A stretch of DNA of 64,000 bases from Octopus vulgaris (GCA_951406725.2 OX597830.1:6014001-6078000); one strand, 5' to 3'; shown: positions 41,115-54,834, counted from the first letter of the stretch. Made by a program: numbers and translations. Notes: generated from the sequence alone by a model not told the origin.

Positions 41115-41701
41115 ATAGGTAGATAGATAGATATATATATATATACACAAACACATAAACATATCTGTGGGTGGACGTCCATATTTATCTATATTTGCAT
41201 ATGTGTAAGCTTGTGTGTATATATATATATATGTTTGTGTACTAATCTGTTCTGTGACTCATAATGCAGCATTGTAATTATCCAAATAAAAAAATATATA
41301 TTTAAATTTTCTGGTTCAGCTCCTAGTAAAAAGTAGTTTTTTTATAACTAAACGTATTTATACTAGAGTATAGTGTGACCGACTGTCTAATAATACCCCA
41401 CCTTCAGGAGACTCCAAGTTCATGCCACTTTCTTTATGATCAAGTAAATCCATGCGTTTTGAGTGAATTTATATAGAGCAGACACTTCATAGAAATCCGT
41501 CGTACGGTTATAACTCTGATTTCAAAGGAACACTATTGTCTCATAACTTGTCATGCAGTTTCTGCCATGCCAGAGAAATAACTCAAGAATACTTGTATCC
41601 ATTAAATACTCAGCCACTTGCAAGGGAATTAAGGTGTGGTTTATTTATTTACTTGAACAAATCTTCGACGTCGAACGACGTAGTTTCACTATCTCTCCAG
41701 C

Positions 41702-41890
41702 CCCACCACCACCACCACCACCACCACTACCATTATCACCACAACCACCACTAATACTGGTATTACCATCACCCCACCACCAGTACCATTACTATTGTCA
41801 CCATCAACACCACAACCACCACCATAACTACAATCACCACCACAACCTCCACAACAACCACCACCACCACTACCACCACAACCACCACCA
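41702..41890. repeat. (CAC/CAA)n imperfect trinucleotide repeat
   Basis: Direct reading of the sequence. Confidence 0.9.
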
Positions 41891-43711
41891 AAACGTTATT
41901 GCACCGGGGCCAAATAATTTGTGAGTGAGTAGAATACATGAAGTTCCAAAATGATCGCTTGTGAAATTAATCTTTTCATTGAACTCAAGAATTTCAATGA
42001 CATCTCGCGATGATGCATAAATAATTTCCATATTCACGGCACCGTCTTAGAGTTATCTAATGTCAAACTAATGCATTGTTTAAATGTGAAAACCCCAGGG
42101 ACCGGATGAGATTTACATGCATCTACCTCATTTATTCACTGTTCTAATATTAATATATTCAAATTGTTTGAAACAATATAATTTATTTCGGATTATGCAT
42201 TAAAACTAAACTGAATTTCGTATGGCTTTGAAAGAGACCCTTATTAAACCCCTGAGAGATGAAAGCACGTTAGATAGTTCCTAGATCTCATCTTAATATA
42301 TAGAATCCCTGAAGTAAATACTTTCAACAATCTAAATATTTGTTTCGCTTCTTGACCACATTGCTTGTCTATTTATGAATAGTTTAATACATCTTAATGA
42401 TATCTACCTGAGACGTATAAAGGTGTACGTTTCAATACTGATATAAATATCAGGGCTTATTATATCATAATTATGATATATATACCGGGGTTTATTACAT
42501 CATACAGTTAATAAAATACTCATGTCATTAGGTTGACTGATGCACTGGTTGAGGTATATCACACAGTAGATATTTTCGTTAATCAAAGAAGAAAAACCCA
42601 ATTGGTATTAGAATTACCTTGAAATTTGTAGAAAGATTTCAGGGTAACAATGGATATGTTAGGTCCCGCTTTGCAAAAAAGTAAATACTTTTTTGATTGA
42701 AGCGCGTTTCTGTCCTGAAAAAATAGTCGGGAATAAGTGTTTGTTACAAGTTTCGAATTGTTCAAGCGAAGTTAATGAAGAATTTACAGATAAAAGGTTA
42801 TTGTCTTCTCCTCATAGTTGATGCTCCAGATATGACCATGTAAAAACTTGTAATTCTTTTCTACTCTAGACACAAGGCTCGAAAGTTTGGGGGAGGGGCC
42901 AGTACACAACTGGTAATTAATTTATCGATCAGTGTTTGAATATTGCAGCAGAGAGGTATCCTTAGATGCAATCTTAGTTTCATCGAAAATTTACAGTAAA
43001 AACAAGAGAACATACTCGTGCACACACACACACACACATTCACTTCTACCCCCCTCTCTCTCTCTTTAGAGCCTTGCACACGTTAACGTATGATACGCTT
43101 TCGGCTCAAATTCTGTCGATGACAAATTCGCCATACTGCTTATTAAGGTCGATAAAATAAATTATCAGTCAAGTGCTGGGTTCGATCTAATTATCCTCTT
43201 AAATATCGTAGATATAAACCCAATTATAAGTAGGTACACATACAGAAATCCGCATGTGAAAGCAAACAGAAGCACATACAAAAGCACACACACACACACA
43301 CAGACAGACACACACATATATATACACAATACACATCGAATAATTCAAAAATGTCTCCCAGCAATATGATTTGTCATCGATCTCCTTAATTAAATCATTT
43401 ACAACAACAAAAACAATAACTTATTCAATAACCTATAAACATGAACCGACATTAAGTGCAATTCACAATAATTTCTTTATGTGTAAATGTAGGATGGTGC
43501 TTCTCCTTCTTTGATCATGTAGCTATTTTCTTCTGATTCCTCAAATGGAATCATGCATCAACAAAGCACCATCGCTGCCAATGATTCCTCTTCAACTTGT
43601 TATCTTCTTTCATTGATTCATTTCGTACACGTTTAGGTATTGCCACTCACTTTATAACATCTATTTCTGTGTATTTGTGAATGTATACACACACACACAC
43701 ACATGCGCGCA

Positions 43712-43772
<61 letters not shown>

Positions 43773-43847
43773 GTATGTATATATATATATGTATATATAT
43801 ACATGTACATATATATGTGTACACACACATACATATATATATATATG

Positions 43848-43895
<48 letters not shown>

Positions 43896-44699
43896 TATAT
43901 GCACACACGCCCATATATATAAGGGAGAGAAAAAAAGAGTGAGTGAAAGAGATTTTTTGTTCTGTATGTACGTGTATGATTAGTATGGATGATTAGTACA
44001 TCAATATATTTATTTTCGATATATTCGTCCCCATTTTGTTCAGTTCGTATTTGTAAAACTTTAGTTTTCAAAAGAACATATTTTCAAGAGAATACTTTAC
44101 TATTTTATCACCAATCAATAATACTTTGTTATTAATGAAACACTCTCAAAAGATAAATAATAGAGATATTACTAATAGATAATCTTAAGGCACTCGGTAC
44201 AGCCGCCCTTCAGCCAAAGTCAGATCATTTTAAGTTTATTAAATCTGCAGCCGATAAACCATTGGAAAGACACGTGCTTCACTTGCTAACAAGTATAAAG
44301 AGTGCTTGGCATTTTAATGAGTTTTCCATGTAACAGCATTGTAGGGTGTGAAAGTCTACGGTAGAGATTTTTAAACTTCTTTACGGCTGCTCAACTATTT
44401 AGCAAGTTCAAAATCCATACGTTCCACGTTGCATGTGGGGAAGCCTAATAGCTCGCACTAGCATCGTTTAATGGGTGTGTCTCTCTATACGCAGTTTGAC
44501 TATAGATAAAAATTGTTCCAGATATGACCACCATGTATCATTTTTTCAAACGGTTTATCTAAATTTGCATTATTCAAGATGCCTTATCGTTCTCTAATTG
44601 CAATAGTATAAAATTTGAAGCCTGTTTGGATATTATTTCTAGCATGTTGAGATATCACAGCAGAAACTTAACCATTTCATTATTGAATGAAAGAATATT

Positions 44700-45289
44700 T
44701 TCTACTCTAAGCACAAGGCCCGAAATTTTGGAGGAGGTGATCAGTCGATTAGATAAACCTCAGTACGCAACTGGTGCTTAATTTATCGACTCCGAAAGGA
44801 TGAAAGGCAAAGTCGATCTCGGCGGAATTTGAACTCTAAACGTAAAAACGGACGAAATACCGCTTAGCATTTCACTCAGTGTGCTAACGATTCTTATTTC
44901 TTTATTGCCCACAAGGGGCTAGACATAGAGGGGACAAACAAGGACAGACAAAGGGATTAAGTCGACTACATCGACCCCAGTGCGTAACTGGTACTTAATA
45001 TATCGACCCCGAAAGGATGAATTTGAACTCAGAACATAGTGGGAGACAAAAAATACCTATTTCTTTACTACCCACAAGGGGCTAAACACAGAGAGGACAA
45101 ACAAGGATAGACAAACGGATTAAGTCTATTATATTGACCCAGTGCGTAAGTGGTACTTATTTAATTGACCCTGAAAGGATGATAGGCAAAGTGGACCTCG
45201 GCGGAATTTGAACTCAGAACGTAACGGCAGACGAAATACCGCAAGGCATTTCGCTCGGCGTGCTAACGATTGTGCCAGCTCGCCGCCTT
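44700..45289 (-). mobile_element. three nested/tandem SINE group B copies
   Basis: The core repeats three times, with junctions at about 44893 and 45057. Confidence 0.88.
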
Positions 45290-46397
45290 ACCAAATGAAA
45301 GAAACCTTAGCATGCCGGGTAAGATGCTTATACACCATAGAAAGTAGGTAACTGGCCGTATGAGGCCCAGGACTCGAAGACGAATGCGCAGTGGAATTCC
45401 TACCGTGATTACTTATATATAATGAAATAGAATGAAATATGAGAAATAAACGTTATCGATCATTTTCCTACGAGTTTCATATTAAAAGTGATGTAGAAAG
45501 AGCGAATGGTATGATTTACTTAGAAACGTTGGACGAAATAAATTTTAGCGTATAATACTCCTAGTTGTAGTTGTTAATTTAGAAAGGCTCCCTTCGAGAA
45601 ATTTGAACCCTAATAGGAAATAAGGAATAGCAAGTTTATTCCTGTTTTGCTCTCATAGAGATAAATCACTCTTCGGCATGACAGGGCATTGATTAATCCT
45701 CATTTTCATTTCGGAATATTGAAGAATTTTGCCAAAGTTCTTTGCAGTAGATTAAACGGTCAATATTGTTAACACTTGAGAAAAGGAATCTGCGAAAGGA
45801 AATCAAAATCGAGAACAGCAAAAGCAGAAGCTATATATACAACAACAACAGCAAAATACAATATCTACTACTACTACTACTACAGCAACAACGACGAGAA
45901 GGAAATTCAACTGCAAGGAAATTAAATGAATAGGAGTGGAAATGTGTTTATATTTTTTTATTTTCAAAGACAAGCAGATGCTTTTTATTTTTACGAACAT
46001 TGAAAGGGTTAAAACAACCCCTACCAACCGAAAAACTGTTTACTCCCAGATTATAAATGGTATATTTGTATACGAAATTAATTCACGTGTAACACACGTT
46101 CCAATTGTACTCTTAACTTCATCAATAAATTACGAATTTCGCCGACTTTCACATAGATGTTGTATATTTGTTAGTAACAGTATCGTGTTACTTGCACTTA
46201 TAGGAATACACACACACTCATACACACACACACATACATACATACATACATACATACACATATAAATACATATACATATACGTCATACTCACACGCTTCA
46301 TAAAGTATATAGAAAGATACATACACACTCACGTACAAACGCACACGAAGGTACACATGTTTAGAGATTAATATTTATAATGTTATGTATCTACCTA

Positions 46398-46435
<38 letters not shown>

Positions 46436-47174
46436 CATACATATATATATATATACTCATACATACATATATATATATATGTGTACATACACATATATTC
46501 ATGCATCTATACAAGTATATAAATCGTTTGTATAGCTATGTATATGACTATATGTGCATGTGTGTGTATGTACGTGTATGTATATCTATTTATATATACG
46601 TACATACATCTGTATCTGACGATGAATATATATCTATATGGGATGTGCATATGTATATACACACATATACATAATTATACATTCTAATTCACACAGCCAC
46701 ATGCACATACATGCTTAAATACGTATGTGTTTCTGCATATGAATATGTTAACAAGTTGTTCCTATGTGTGAATATCTACACAAAATATTCTTTCCTTATT
46801 TTTATCACCTGTTACAAAGTTTTACTATACTTTCATGCTTCCATAAAATTATATTAGCATTCTCGTATTCAATTAGATTTGCGATGGAAATCCTCTCGCT
46901 CATTCAATAGCGAGGTTGAGATAAAAAAGAACAAAACAAACAACATTCCTAGCTTATTGGTAAGAAGAAAATATTAATAATATTGCAATGGATAAAATGT
47001 ATTTAAAAATCCAATAATTAAATCGTGTAAGGCTGAACTGAGTCACGTATATGAATAATGAATTAGTGTGAAACTACGCTTTCTTTGTTTTAGTTGCTAT
47101 TGTCTTCACTTGCCCGGTGAGTGTTCAGAAATAAATACACACACATGCATGCATTCAGCCAAATATATATCTAT

Positions 47175-47223
<49 letters not shown>

Positions 47224-47562
47224 ACATGTGTATGTAAGTGTGTGTGTGTGTGTATATATATATACACACACACATGTACATAAATATATATCCATCCATA
47301 TATATATATATGTGTGTATGTATATATATATATATATATATATACATTCATATATGTATGTGTGTGTGTGTGTGTGTTTGTGTATTGTGTGTGTGTGTGT
47401 GTGTTTTATGTATGTATTTATATATGCGTAATATAAGCGTAATTTCAAAATATATTTTAGCGGAAAATTTACCTTATTTGGAACTCAATAAGTTGGTTGA
47501 AGTGCAACGATAAGTTTGTTACATCAAATATCGAGTCTCCTCTCAGTGCCACACACAAACAC

Positions 47563-47638
<76 letters not shown>

Positions 47639-47642
47639 GTAC

Positions 47643-47745
47643 ATACCGACGGGCTTCTTTCAGTTTCCGTCTAACAAATCCACTGACAAGGCTCTGGTCG
47701 GCCCGTGGCTATAGTAGAAGACACTTGCCCAAGATGCCACGCAGT
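47643..47745 (-). mobile_element. SINE group C fragment
   Basis: CGACGGGCTTCTTTCAGTTTCCGTC...GACACTTGCCCAAGATGCCACGCAG. Confidence 0.8.
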
Positions 47746-47810
47746 TGAAAAAAATCTCTATGAGAGATGAAAATAATAACTATACTGAGAAATACTGTTT
47801 TTCACTACTT

Positions 47811-48238
47811 CATCATGGCTGTACCGTAGGAACCGACGTTATCTAACCCCAGGAGGAGGCCCCCTCCAGCTGGTTATCGATACAAACTGCGCCCTATATA
47901 TTTTGTAAACAGTACAGTCACTACTTACATCTGTTATAAGGATTTCCTAACCGGCTACTTTGGTTGACCAGTGACTAGTTGTCGCTTACTTTTCTATATA
48001 TTGCGAGCTGGAACGAAATACTGCTATCGCGGGCAGACGGGTCTCCACCTCTGAGGATGAGCAGAAATACCTCGAAACCGGGCGATCTAGTGGTCCCATC
48101 GTTGTCTTTAGAATATATTCCGGGTTCACTTTCTTGCTTTCGGATGCACATTACATCGATAACCAGCTAAAGGAGATGTCTTCCTAAGGTTAAAAAATGC
48201 TAATAACGTCGCTTCCTACGGAACAGCTATGGCGATAA
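47811..48238 (+). mobile_element. foldback element with ~32-bp inverted arms and an internal hammerhead-like core
   Basis: CATCATGGCTGTACCGTAGGAACCGACGTTAT (47811-47842) vs ATAACGTCGCTTCCTACGGAACAGCTATGGCG (about 48204-48235). Internal CTGAGGA-T-GAG..CTC-GAAA-CCGG at 48051-48081. Confidence 0.6.
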
Positions 48239-49021
48239 ACGTTACTTATAGATATTTACGTATAAACTTATTAATGTTTGCCTTTATGTTCAGTAATAAC
48301 ACAAACAATTTTACATTAATGACTTGTAGATACACGGTAGTTCCTTGTGCAACAACCGTAATATAATAGAAAGTATATAAAATGTTTTTATATTACGTTC
48401 TACTGCATTGGAAATGCGCTTTACATCACAAAGATAACATTAACAAGCGATGTAATAGCACTGCTGACACAGTAGAACATTGTAGGGACTTATTAAAAAC
48501 GTTTAATATATTTTATAGTATATTATGGTGGCAGAAAGAAATACTGTGTCCCAACAAGCAACAAGTCATTAACATTTGTGTACCAGCATCCAGGAATGCG
48601 TTTAATGTATAAAATTGGTTTATCCAGTAACGTTACCCCACTGAATTTAGTGGCTATTTCGGTAATGTATTCGTGAATTATGAAAGTGTTAGCTGGGTGA
48701 AGTAGCAAAACTCACAAAATATGGCATAGATGCCCATTAACGTTTTTTTCATCTTCTAACTCATTGTTTGTATACATTTGATGGACGTCGTAACAAAAAA
48801 CTGCTGAAAAAAGTTTCTACAAAATATCTGTAGAGATAACTTTAACAAGTGAATTCTACATTAATTTGGGGGAGTACTTTAAACTTTTGTAGAATGTAAA
48901 TTTATCATTTTTTTAGGCATGAATATTGTTGACGGTGACTTCGAAGTTTTGGCCAGCTAAATCCTCGTTGGACTGCAATGCATTAGAGTTAGTCTTGCAT
49001 TTATATAGTTAAATTCGTCTT

Positions 49022-49115
49022 TGGGTGTGTGGTTTTTAGGGTGATAATTAGGTTTTCACGGTTTCCATAGCAACCATAAAAATCTAATTACTGCCTCACT
49101 GAAACCCTGACACCC
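49022..49115. mobile_element. small imperfect palindrome (MITE-like)
   Basis: TGGGTGT..GGTTT..AG..TAATTAGGTTTTCACGGTT vs AACCATAAAAATCTAATTA..CTGAAACC..ACACCCA. Confidence 0.5.
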
Positions 49116-49142
49116 ATAGAAGATAATTTTCACTCATCAGAG

Positions 49143-49199
<57 letters not shown>

Positions 49200-49317
49200 A
49201 TATAAAGGCAATATTAACTTAAACAATGTCTTAGCCGTCCAACGATGGTTTAGTTGGCCGAAACTTCGAATCGATGTCATCGCCAGCAAAATTCTTGTCT
49301 TGAGGGTCATATATGTT

Positions 49318-49370
<53 letters not shown>

Positions 49371-49409
49371 GTATATGTATATGCATGTATGTATTTATAT
49401 ATATATATA

Positions 49410-49839
49410 TATTATTAGTTATCGGTAAGCTAATATGACAGCCCAGAAATATAGGACGAATGCTGCCGTTGATTAGCTCCAAGAGGCCATCGCCTCTAGC
49501 TAGCTATGTTTCACACGAATCTGTGTCCATTATAACCTTCGAACAGACGCCCAGTACCGATGCCTGCTGGGTTCGGCTGCTCTACATTGATAAGGTGCAA
49601 ATACCATGAAACTAGTCTACAGATGCCTGACCAGCAAGGGGAAGTGCTGACCACTCCTGTTCGAAGGTTGTAATAGACACAGGTTCGTTTGTCACATAGC
49701 TAGCTACAAGCGATGGCTTCTTGGAGCTAATCAACGGCAGCATTCGTCCTATACTTCTGGACTGCCAAGTTAGCTTGGCGATAACTATTAATATGCAGTA
49801 CCGCTGCCGTAGTCTCCTTTAGAGAGACTTAGAAATATT
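49410..49839 (+). mobile_element. Penelope-like pLTR-type foldback element with a U3-A8 hammerhead-like core in the loop
   Basis: Inverted arms 49410-49546 and 49657-49794 (~137 bp). The loop contains TTGATAA-GGTG CAAA TACC-AT-GAAA-CTAG-TC (49587-49617). The one-sided tail 49795-49839 ends in the hairpin AGTCTC/GAGACT. Inserted in (TA)n and homologous to 58414-58735. Confidence 0.75.
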
Positions 49840-49840
49840 A

Positions 49841-49871
<31 letters not shown>

Positions 49872-50779
49872 CACACACACATAGATATCTAGACATGTAT
49901 ATATAAACACATATAGATGCATGCTTTGATACGTTAGTATATGAAAGCACACATGGACTCATATGACCACAAATATATGAAAATATTCTTAGTATATATG
50001 GTAAGTATAACTGTCTCCGTATATCTATGCATGTTTAATCAACATAAACTCACACACGCATACACTAAGAAATGTAGGTGTGTCTATATATACACGCCTG
50101 CATTCAATTCAATGCGCATGAATTTAATATAAATGAAAATTATAAAAATCTTTCTTGATCCAAGTACGTAGGTGTATTGTTTAAACGCACGAACACTCAC
50201 ACGCATCACACAGATTCGTATACACACTCACACATGTATAAATACATTTACATATGCATATACACTGATATGCGTATGCATCTACTTAAATACGTATTCA
50301 TATGAAGACAGAGGCAATGCATAAATATATAATTCTTTACACCAGCAAATACAGAGGAATATTTCAGCTTTTGGAGCTTCAACCCAAAATTTAATTCAAA
50401 TTCCGTTTGTAGTTACATTTTTTAAAAAATTCCATTTCATCATTTCTCTTTGAAGCATTCCAATAGCTGTCGGAAATACTTACTCTGGAAAACGCCTCCA
50501 AATTTTCGCGATAAGCAATTTTTATAGAGCTTTGTTTTATGCATTTATAATAATAATAATAACCAAAATGAAAATCATACTACTGATAATATGAGGAACA
50601 AAGATAATAGCAGTGTCGCCCTCATTATCAAGATCAACATTATTGTCATTATCAGTGTCAGGTGTGGTGATATATCTTTATCAATGTTGTCATTATCATT
50701 TTCGTTATTATATTTACTATGGTTTGGCTCAGCTTCGGTTTTGTTCTTGATGGTATTTATGTGGGTATCGGGCTACTAC

Positions 50780-51340
50780 CTGTAACCTTAATTACCCACA
50801 AGTTCTCAGCTGTTTTTCAAGTACTTAGAACCCCACTGATAATCCGGAATAAGAATATAAGAGATCTATTGACCTCTATTTCTGACTCCAAAAACACTAG
50901 CATTGGAGTATCTGCACGCTGTACTTTGAAAAACAGCAGCAAGAGAGGTAAGTCCTGTTCATTGTGCAACAACATTATTCAAGTGAATTCCATCAGAAAT
51001 CATAACAGAAAAGTTATGATTTATACAGAAGGGACATGTAGAGATTCCCGCAGCAGAATGCACGAAACACAAATTTATTTTGGTTGTACAACAGAACAAT
51101 TAAACAAAACGTTTAATGGGCACATATTCGACGGCAGGCGCAATAACAGTAGTTCGACAGAACTTGCAGAACATTTCGTTTCAAACGGCTGCAATTTTGA
51201 GAAAATGACTAGAAAGTGCTTATTCTCAGAAAATATTCTGAATCTGCTTCACTTTCACTTCTCAGAATGCATGAGGAGAAATATTTTTGCAGGTGATTGA
51301 CATCACGCCCTGGAGGAATGGATAAAATGACAGGAGAATA
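50780..51340 (+). pseudogene. Penelope-like element GIY-YIG endonuclease remnant (Neptune-type linker)
   Basis: PLIIRNKNIRDLL linker, CxxC (CSLC), IYFGCTTEQLNKTFNGH (YxG..T..L..R..H motif) and LAEHF. A C-terminal P-G-G-M-D lies in another frame. A CTGATGA relic lies downstream at 51459. Confidence 0.75.
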
Positions 51341-51674
51341 TCATCAAATTTTCGCAAAACTATTTAATTGAATATTCTTCTTTTTTCCTTTCCTTTTTTC
51401 TTTCTCGCTTTTTTTCTGTCTTTTTCTTTTCGCCTGTTATGAAATTGAAACTTAAAAACTGATGATGTCATTCCATCAACGTGTGGACGCTGCTTGCTCT
51501 TGTTCATACTTTAGATTTGAATTTCTATAATTTGAATTTTGATCACTTTTTATTTCGAACTCGACAAATACAGGATTGCTGTCAAAATATCGTACAACCA
51601 GTAAACTATCTAGAGCAATCGCAATGCACTCTTCGTCTTGTCTACTATTATTACTATCATCATTGTTATTATTA

Positions 51675-52395
51675 CGAAAGATTCTCGGATAGATCTTAAT
51701 TACCAGTAATTCTTTACTTGAAAGCAGGCAATAACAAATCACTAAAGGTTTCAAATAGTGCCTTCCCCTGTGACTCAGAGACAATACTCTCCTTAGAATG
51801 CAAGCTGTACCCAACTATGCTTTCTTCTGGTTCACTTTCAGCCTGACAGCAGCCTCAATATTCTTAATATGTTTTTCAAAGCCCTTGAAACTGCGTCCAA
51901 TGCTCCAATTACCATCACTATCACCATTACTTTCCTCATGTCCCATAACTTTCCTATCTCATCCCACAGTGGCTGGTATTCCTCAATATTTTCTGTTTCC
52001 TTACATTTTACCCTCGAATCGCCTGGTATTGCAGCATCTATTATCTTCTTTTTCATCTTTATGGATGAGTACGCTGTCTGGTTGTCTCGTCTCTATGACT
52101 TGGTCACACTGCATGTTAAAATCCGAGTATTTTGTAATATTCGTTTTCCATTATTCCCTCTGGCTTGTGTTCACACCATTGTTCCGCTCTCTCGAGGTTT
52201 GCTTTACTGCACAATAGCCAGTGGACATATCTGACCACATTGTCGTGTCTCTTTTTGTATTCGCGTTGTGCGAGCTTACAGTACTCGCTAACAATATGGC
52301 TTATACTTTCTCCCTTTTCAGAGCACATCCTACTTTGTAGCATGTCAGTGCTTTTATCAATGTGATATTCGGAGTAGTTTGATCTGTGTCTCTTG
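51675..52395 (-). mobile_element. truncated R4/Dong-like element (family 4)
   Basis: RMCSEKGESISHIVSE (CCHC relic), KRHDNV, IIDAAIPGD, VIGAL and LGTACILRRVL. The 3' end runs into (AAT)n on the minus strand. Confidence 0.85.
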
Positions 52396-52399
52396 CAAT

Positions 52400-52942
52400 C
52401 AGCTGTTCCGAGCAGTGCTGTTTTCTACAAGTGCTCCACCTTTATTGCAGCCCCTATTTGTTCCACGTACTTCTCGAGATTTTTGTTCACTTCGACAATT
52501 ATTGTTACTATTGCTACCTTTTTCATCGACCACAACTGCTTAACTTCCCAAGCTAACCTATAATATCTCTCGACTTTTCTTTCTTCCTTACCGTATATCT
52601 TGCTGTCCGCGGGGCATGCTATATCTATGATCCAGCATAGTTTGCTTTCTTTCTCAGCTAAGACTATGTCCGGCTTCCTATTCTCAATCTCATGGTAGCA
52701 CTGTATCATAAAATCCCATAGGATCTTCGTATCTCTATTTTAGATGTTGCCTTCAGATTTGTGGTCGTACCAATTTTTTGCTCTGTCAAGTCCATACTTT
52801 TTGCAAAGTGTCCAGTGGACAAACCTGGCTATATTGTCGTGGCGTCTCTTATATTCCTTCTGGGCTAGTGGCGTACATTGGCTAGTAATATGCCATACAG
52901 TTTCACCGTTTTTTCCACAGATTCCGCACTTATCACTTTCTT
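52400..52942 (-). mobile_element. truncated R4/Dong-like element (family 5), lacking the 3' UTR
   Basis: CGICGKNGETVWHITSQC (CCHC), RRHDNIAR, ILWDF, KPDIV, IIDIACP and HL*KTALLGTA. Same family as 63098-63660. Preceded by (AAT)n(AAG)n. Confidence 0.9.
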
Positions 52943-52945
52943 CTT

Positions 52946-53050
<105 letters not shown>

Positions 53051-53232
53051 GATCGAGAGAGCAGCGCATGACACTGGGGTAAATTATATGAAGCCCAGTA
53101 CACTCATCATGACTACCTGTCTAATAAGGGTACACTAGGCACATGCACCACAAACATGTGTGCGAGAGGGTGAGCTGATACCGCGTGAACTTTCAAGTGT
53201 GACCCGGTTGGAATTTTCATCAGGTTGAGTAA
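53051..53232. mobile_element. unclassified short insert between (TTA)n arrays, possibly the 3' UTR of another TAA-targeted retroelement
   Basis: ~180 bp of complex sequence bracketed by TTA repeats, like the 3'-UTR-only copy at 11790. No coding motif seen. Confidence 0.35.
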
Positions 53233-53282
53233 TACTATTTTTATCATTATTATATTATGAATAATAATAACAGTAATAAATA

Positions 53283-53323
<41 letters not shown>

Positions 53324-53945
53324 GATCATGAGTATTTGTTTCTATTATTGTCACCTTCCTTTGCAAACCGTAAGTTTTGAATTCGCAAAATTTACATTTT
53401 CAATTACTAAGGTCCTTTAATATCGAATGATATTGAAAAATGCCGTATTGAAGATGCAGTAAATCTTTGTCAAATGCCTGATTTCGTTTAACTTTTGGAT
53501 CTTACAAAAATTTATTTTTAAAAATAATTTTCAATAAATTCCACCATAAAAGATTCAATTGAAATATATGAATGGCAATTGAAACGTTTTCATCGGGCGT
53601 ATATTGATATAATATATATACTATATATATATATATATATATATATGCAGATATATATTTGCATTTTTCAATGTGTGTAAATATAATTGTGCTTGCGTGT
53701 GTGTCTCTCTTCCTCTCACTCTCAAGCAATTCATCTATCTATCTATCTATCTATCTATCTATTTGTATGTATATATATATTTATATATAATTTTGTGCGT
53801 GCCTCTGTGCACGCGCGCGCGTGTGTGTATGTATGTTTGTGTCTGTGAGTGCCTGTGTCTACTTGGACGTATATAGATATACGTTTTAATATACATGCAT
53901 ATAAATATCTACCTATCTTCTTCTATCTTTCCCTCTCGCTTTCTT

Positions 53946-54230
<285 letters not shown>

Positions 54231-54257
54231 ATATATATTTATATACTCTCTTTTACT

Positions 54258-54657
54258 ATTTTACTTGTTTCAGTCATCTGACTGTGTCCATGCTTGAGCA
54301 CCGCCTTTAATCGAGCAAATCAACCCTAGGACTTATTCTTTGTAAGCCTAGTACTTATTCTATCCGCTTCTTTTGCCGAACCGCTAATTTACGGGAACGT
54401 AAACACACCAGCATCTGTGGTCAAGTGATGTTGAGAGGACAAACACAGACATATAAACATATACACATTCATATATATATACATATACATATATACGACG
54501 AGCTTCTTTCAGTTTTCGTCAGGTAAATCCACTCACAAGGCTTTGGTCGGCCCGAGGCTATAGTAGAAGATACTTGCGCAAGGTGTCACGCAGTGGGACT
54601 GAATCCGGAGTCACGGCGTCGTTAAGCAAGCTACTTGCCCCACAGCCACTCCTACGC
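54258..54657 (-). mobile_element. SINE group C, full length
   Basis: Collinear with 58978-59408. Confidence 0.88.
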
Positions 54658-54766
54658 TTATATATATATATGTGTGTGTGTGTGTTCGTGTGTGTGCGGG
54701 GGGGTGTATGTGTGTGTGTATGTATGTATATGGAAAAACATCTTATAATAAATCTCTCTCTCTGTA

Positions 54767-54818
<52 letters not shown>

Positions 54819-54834
54819 CACATATATATAAACG

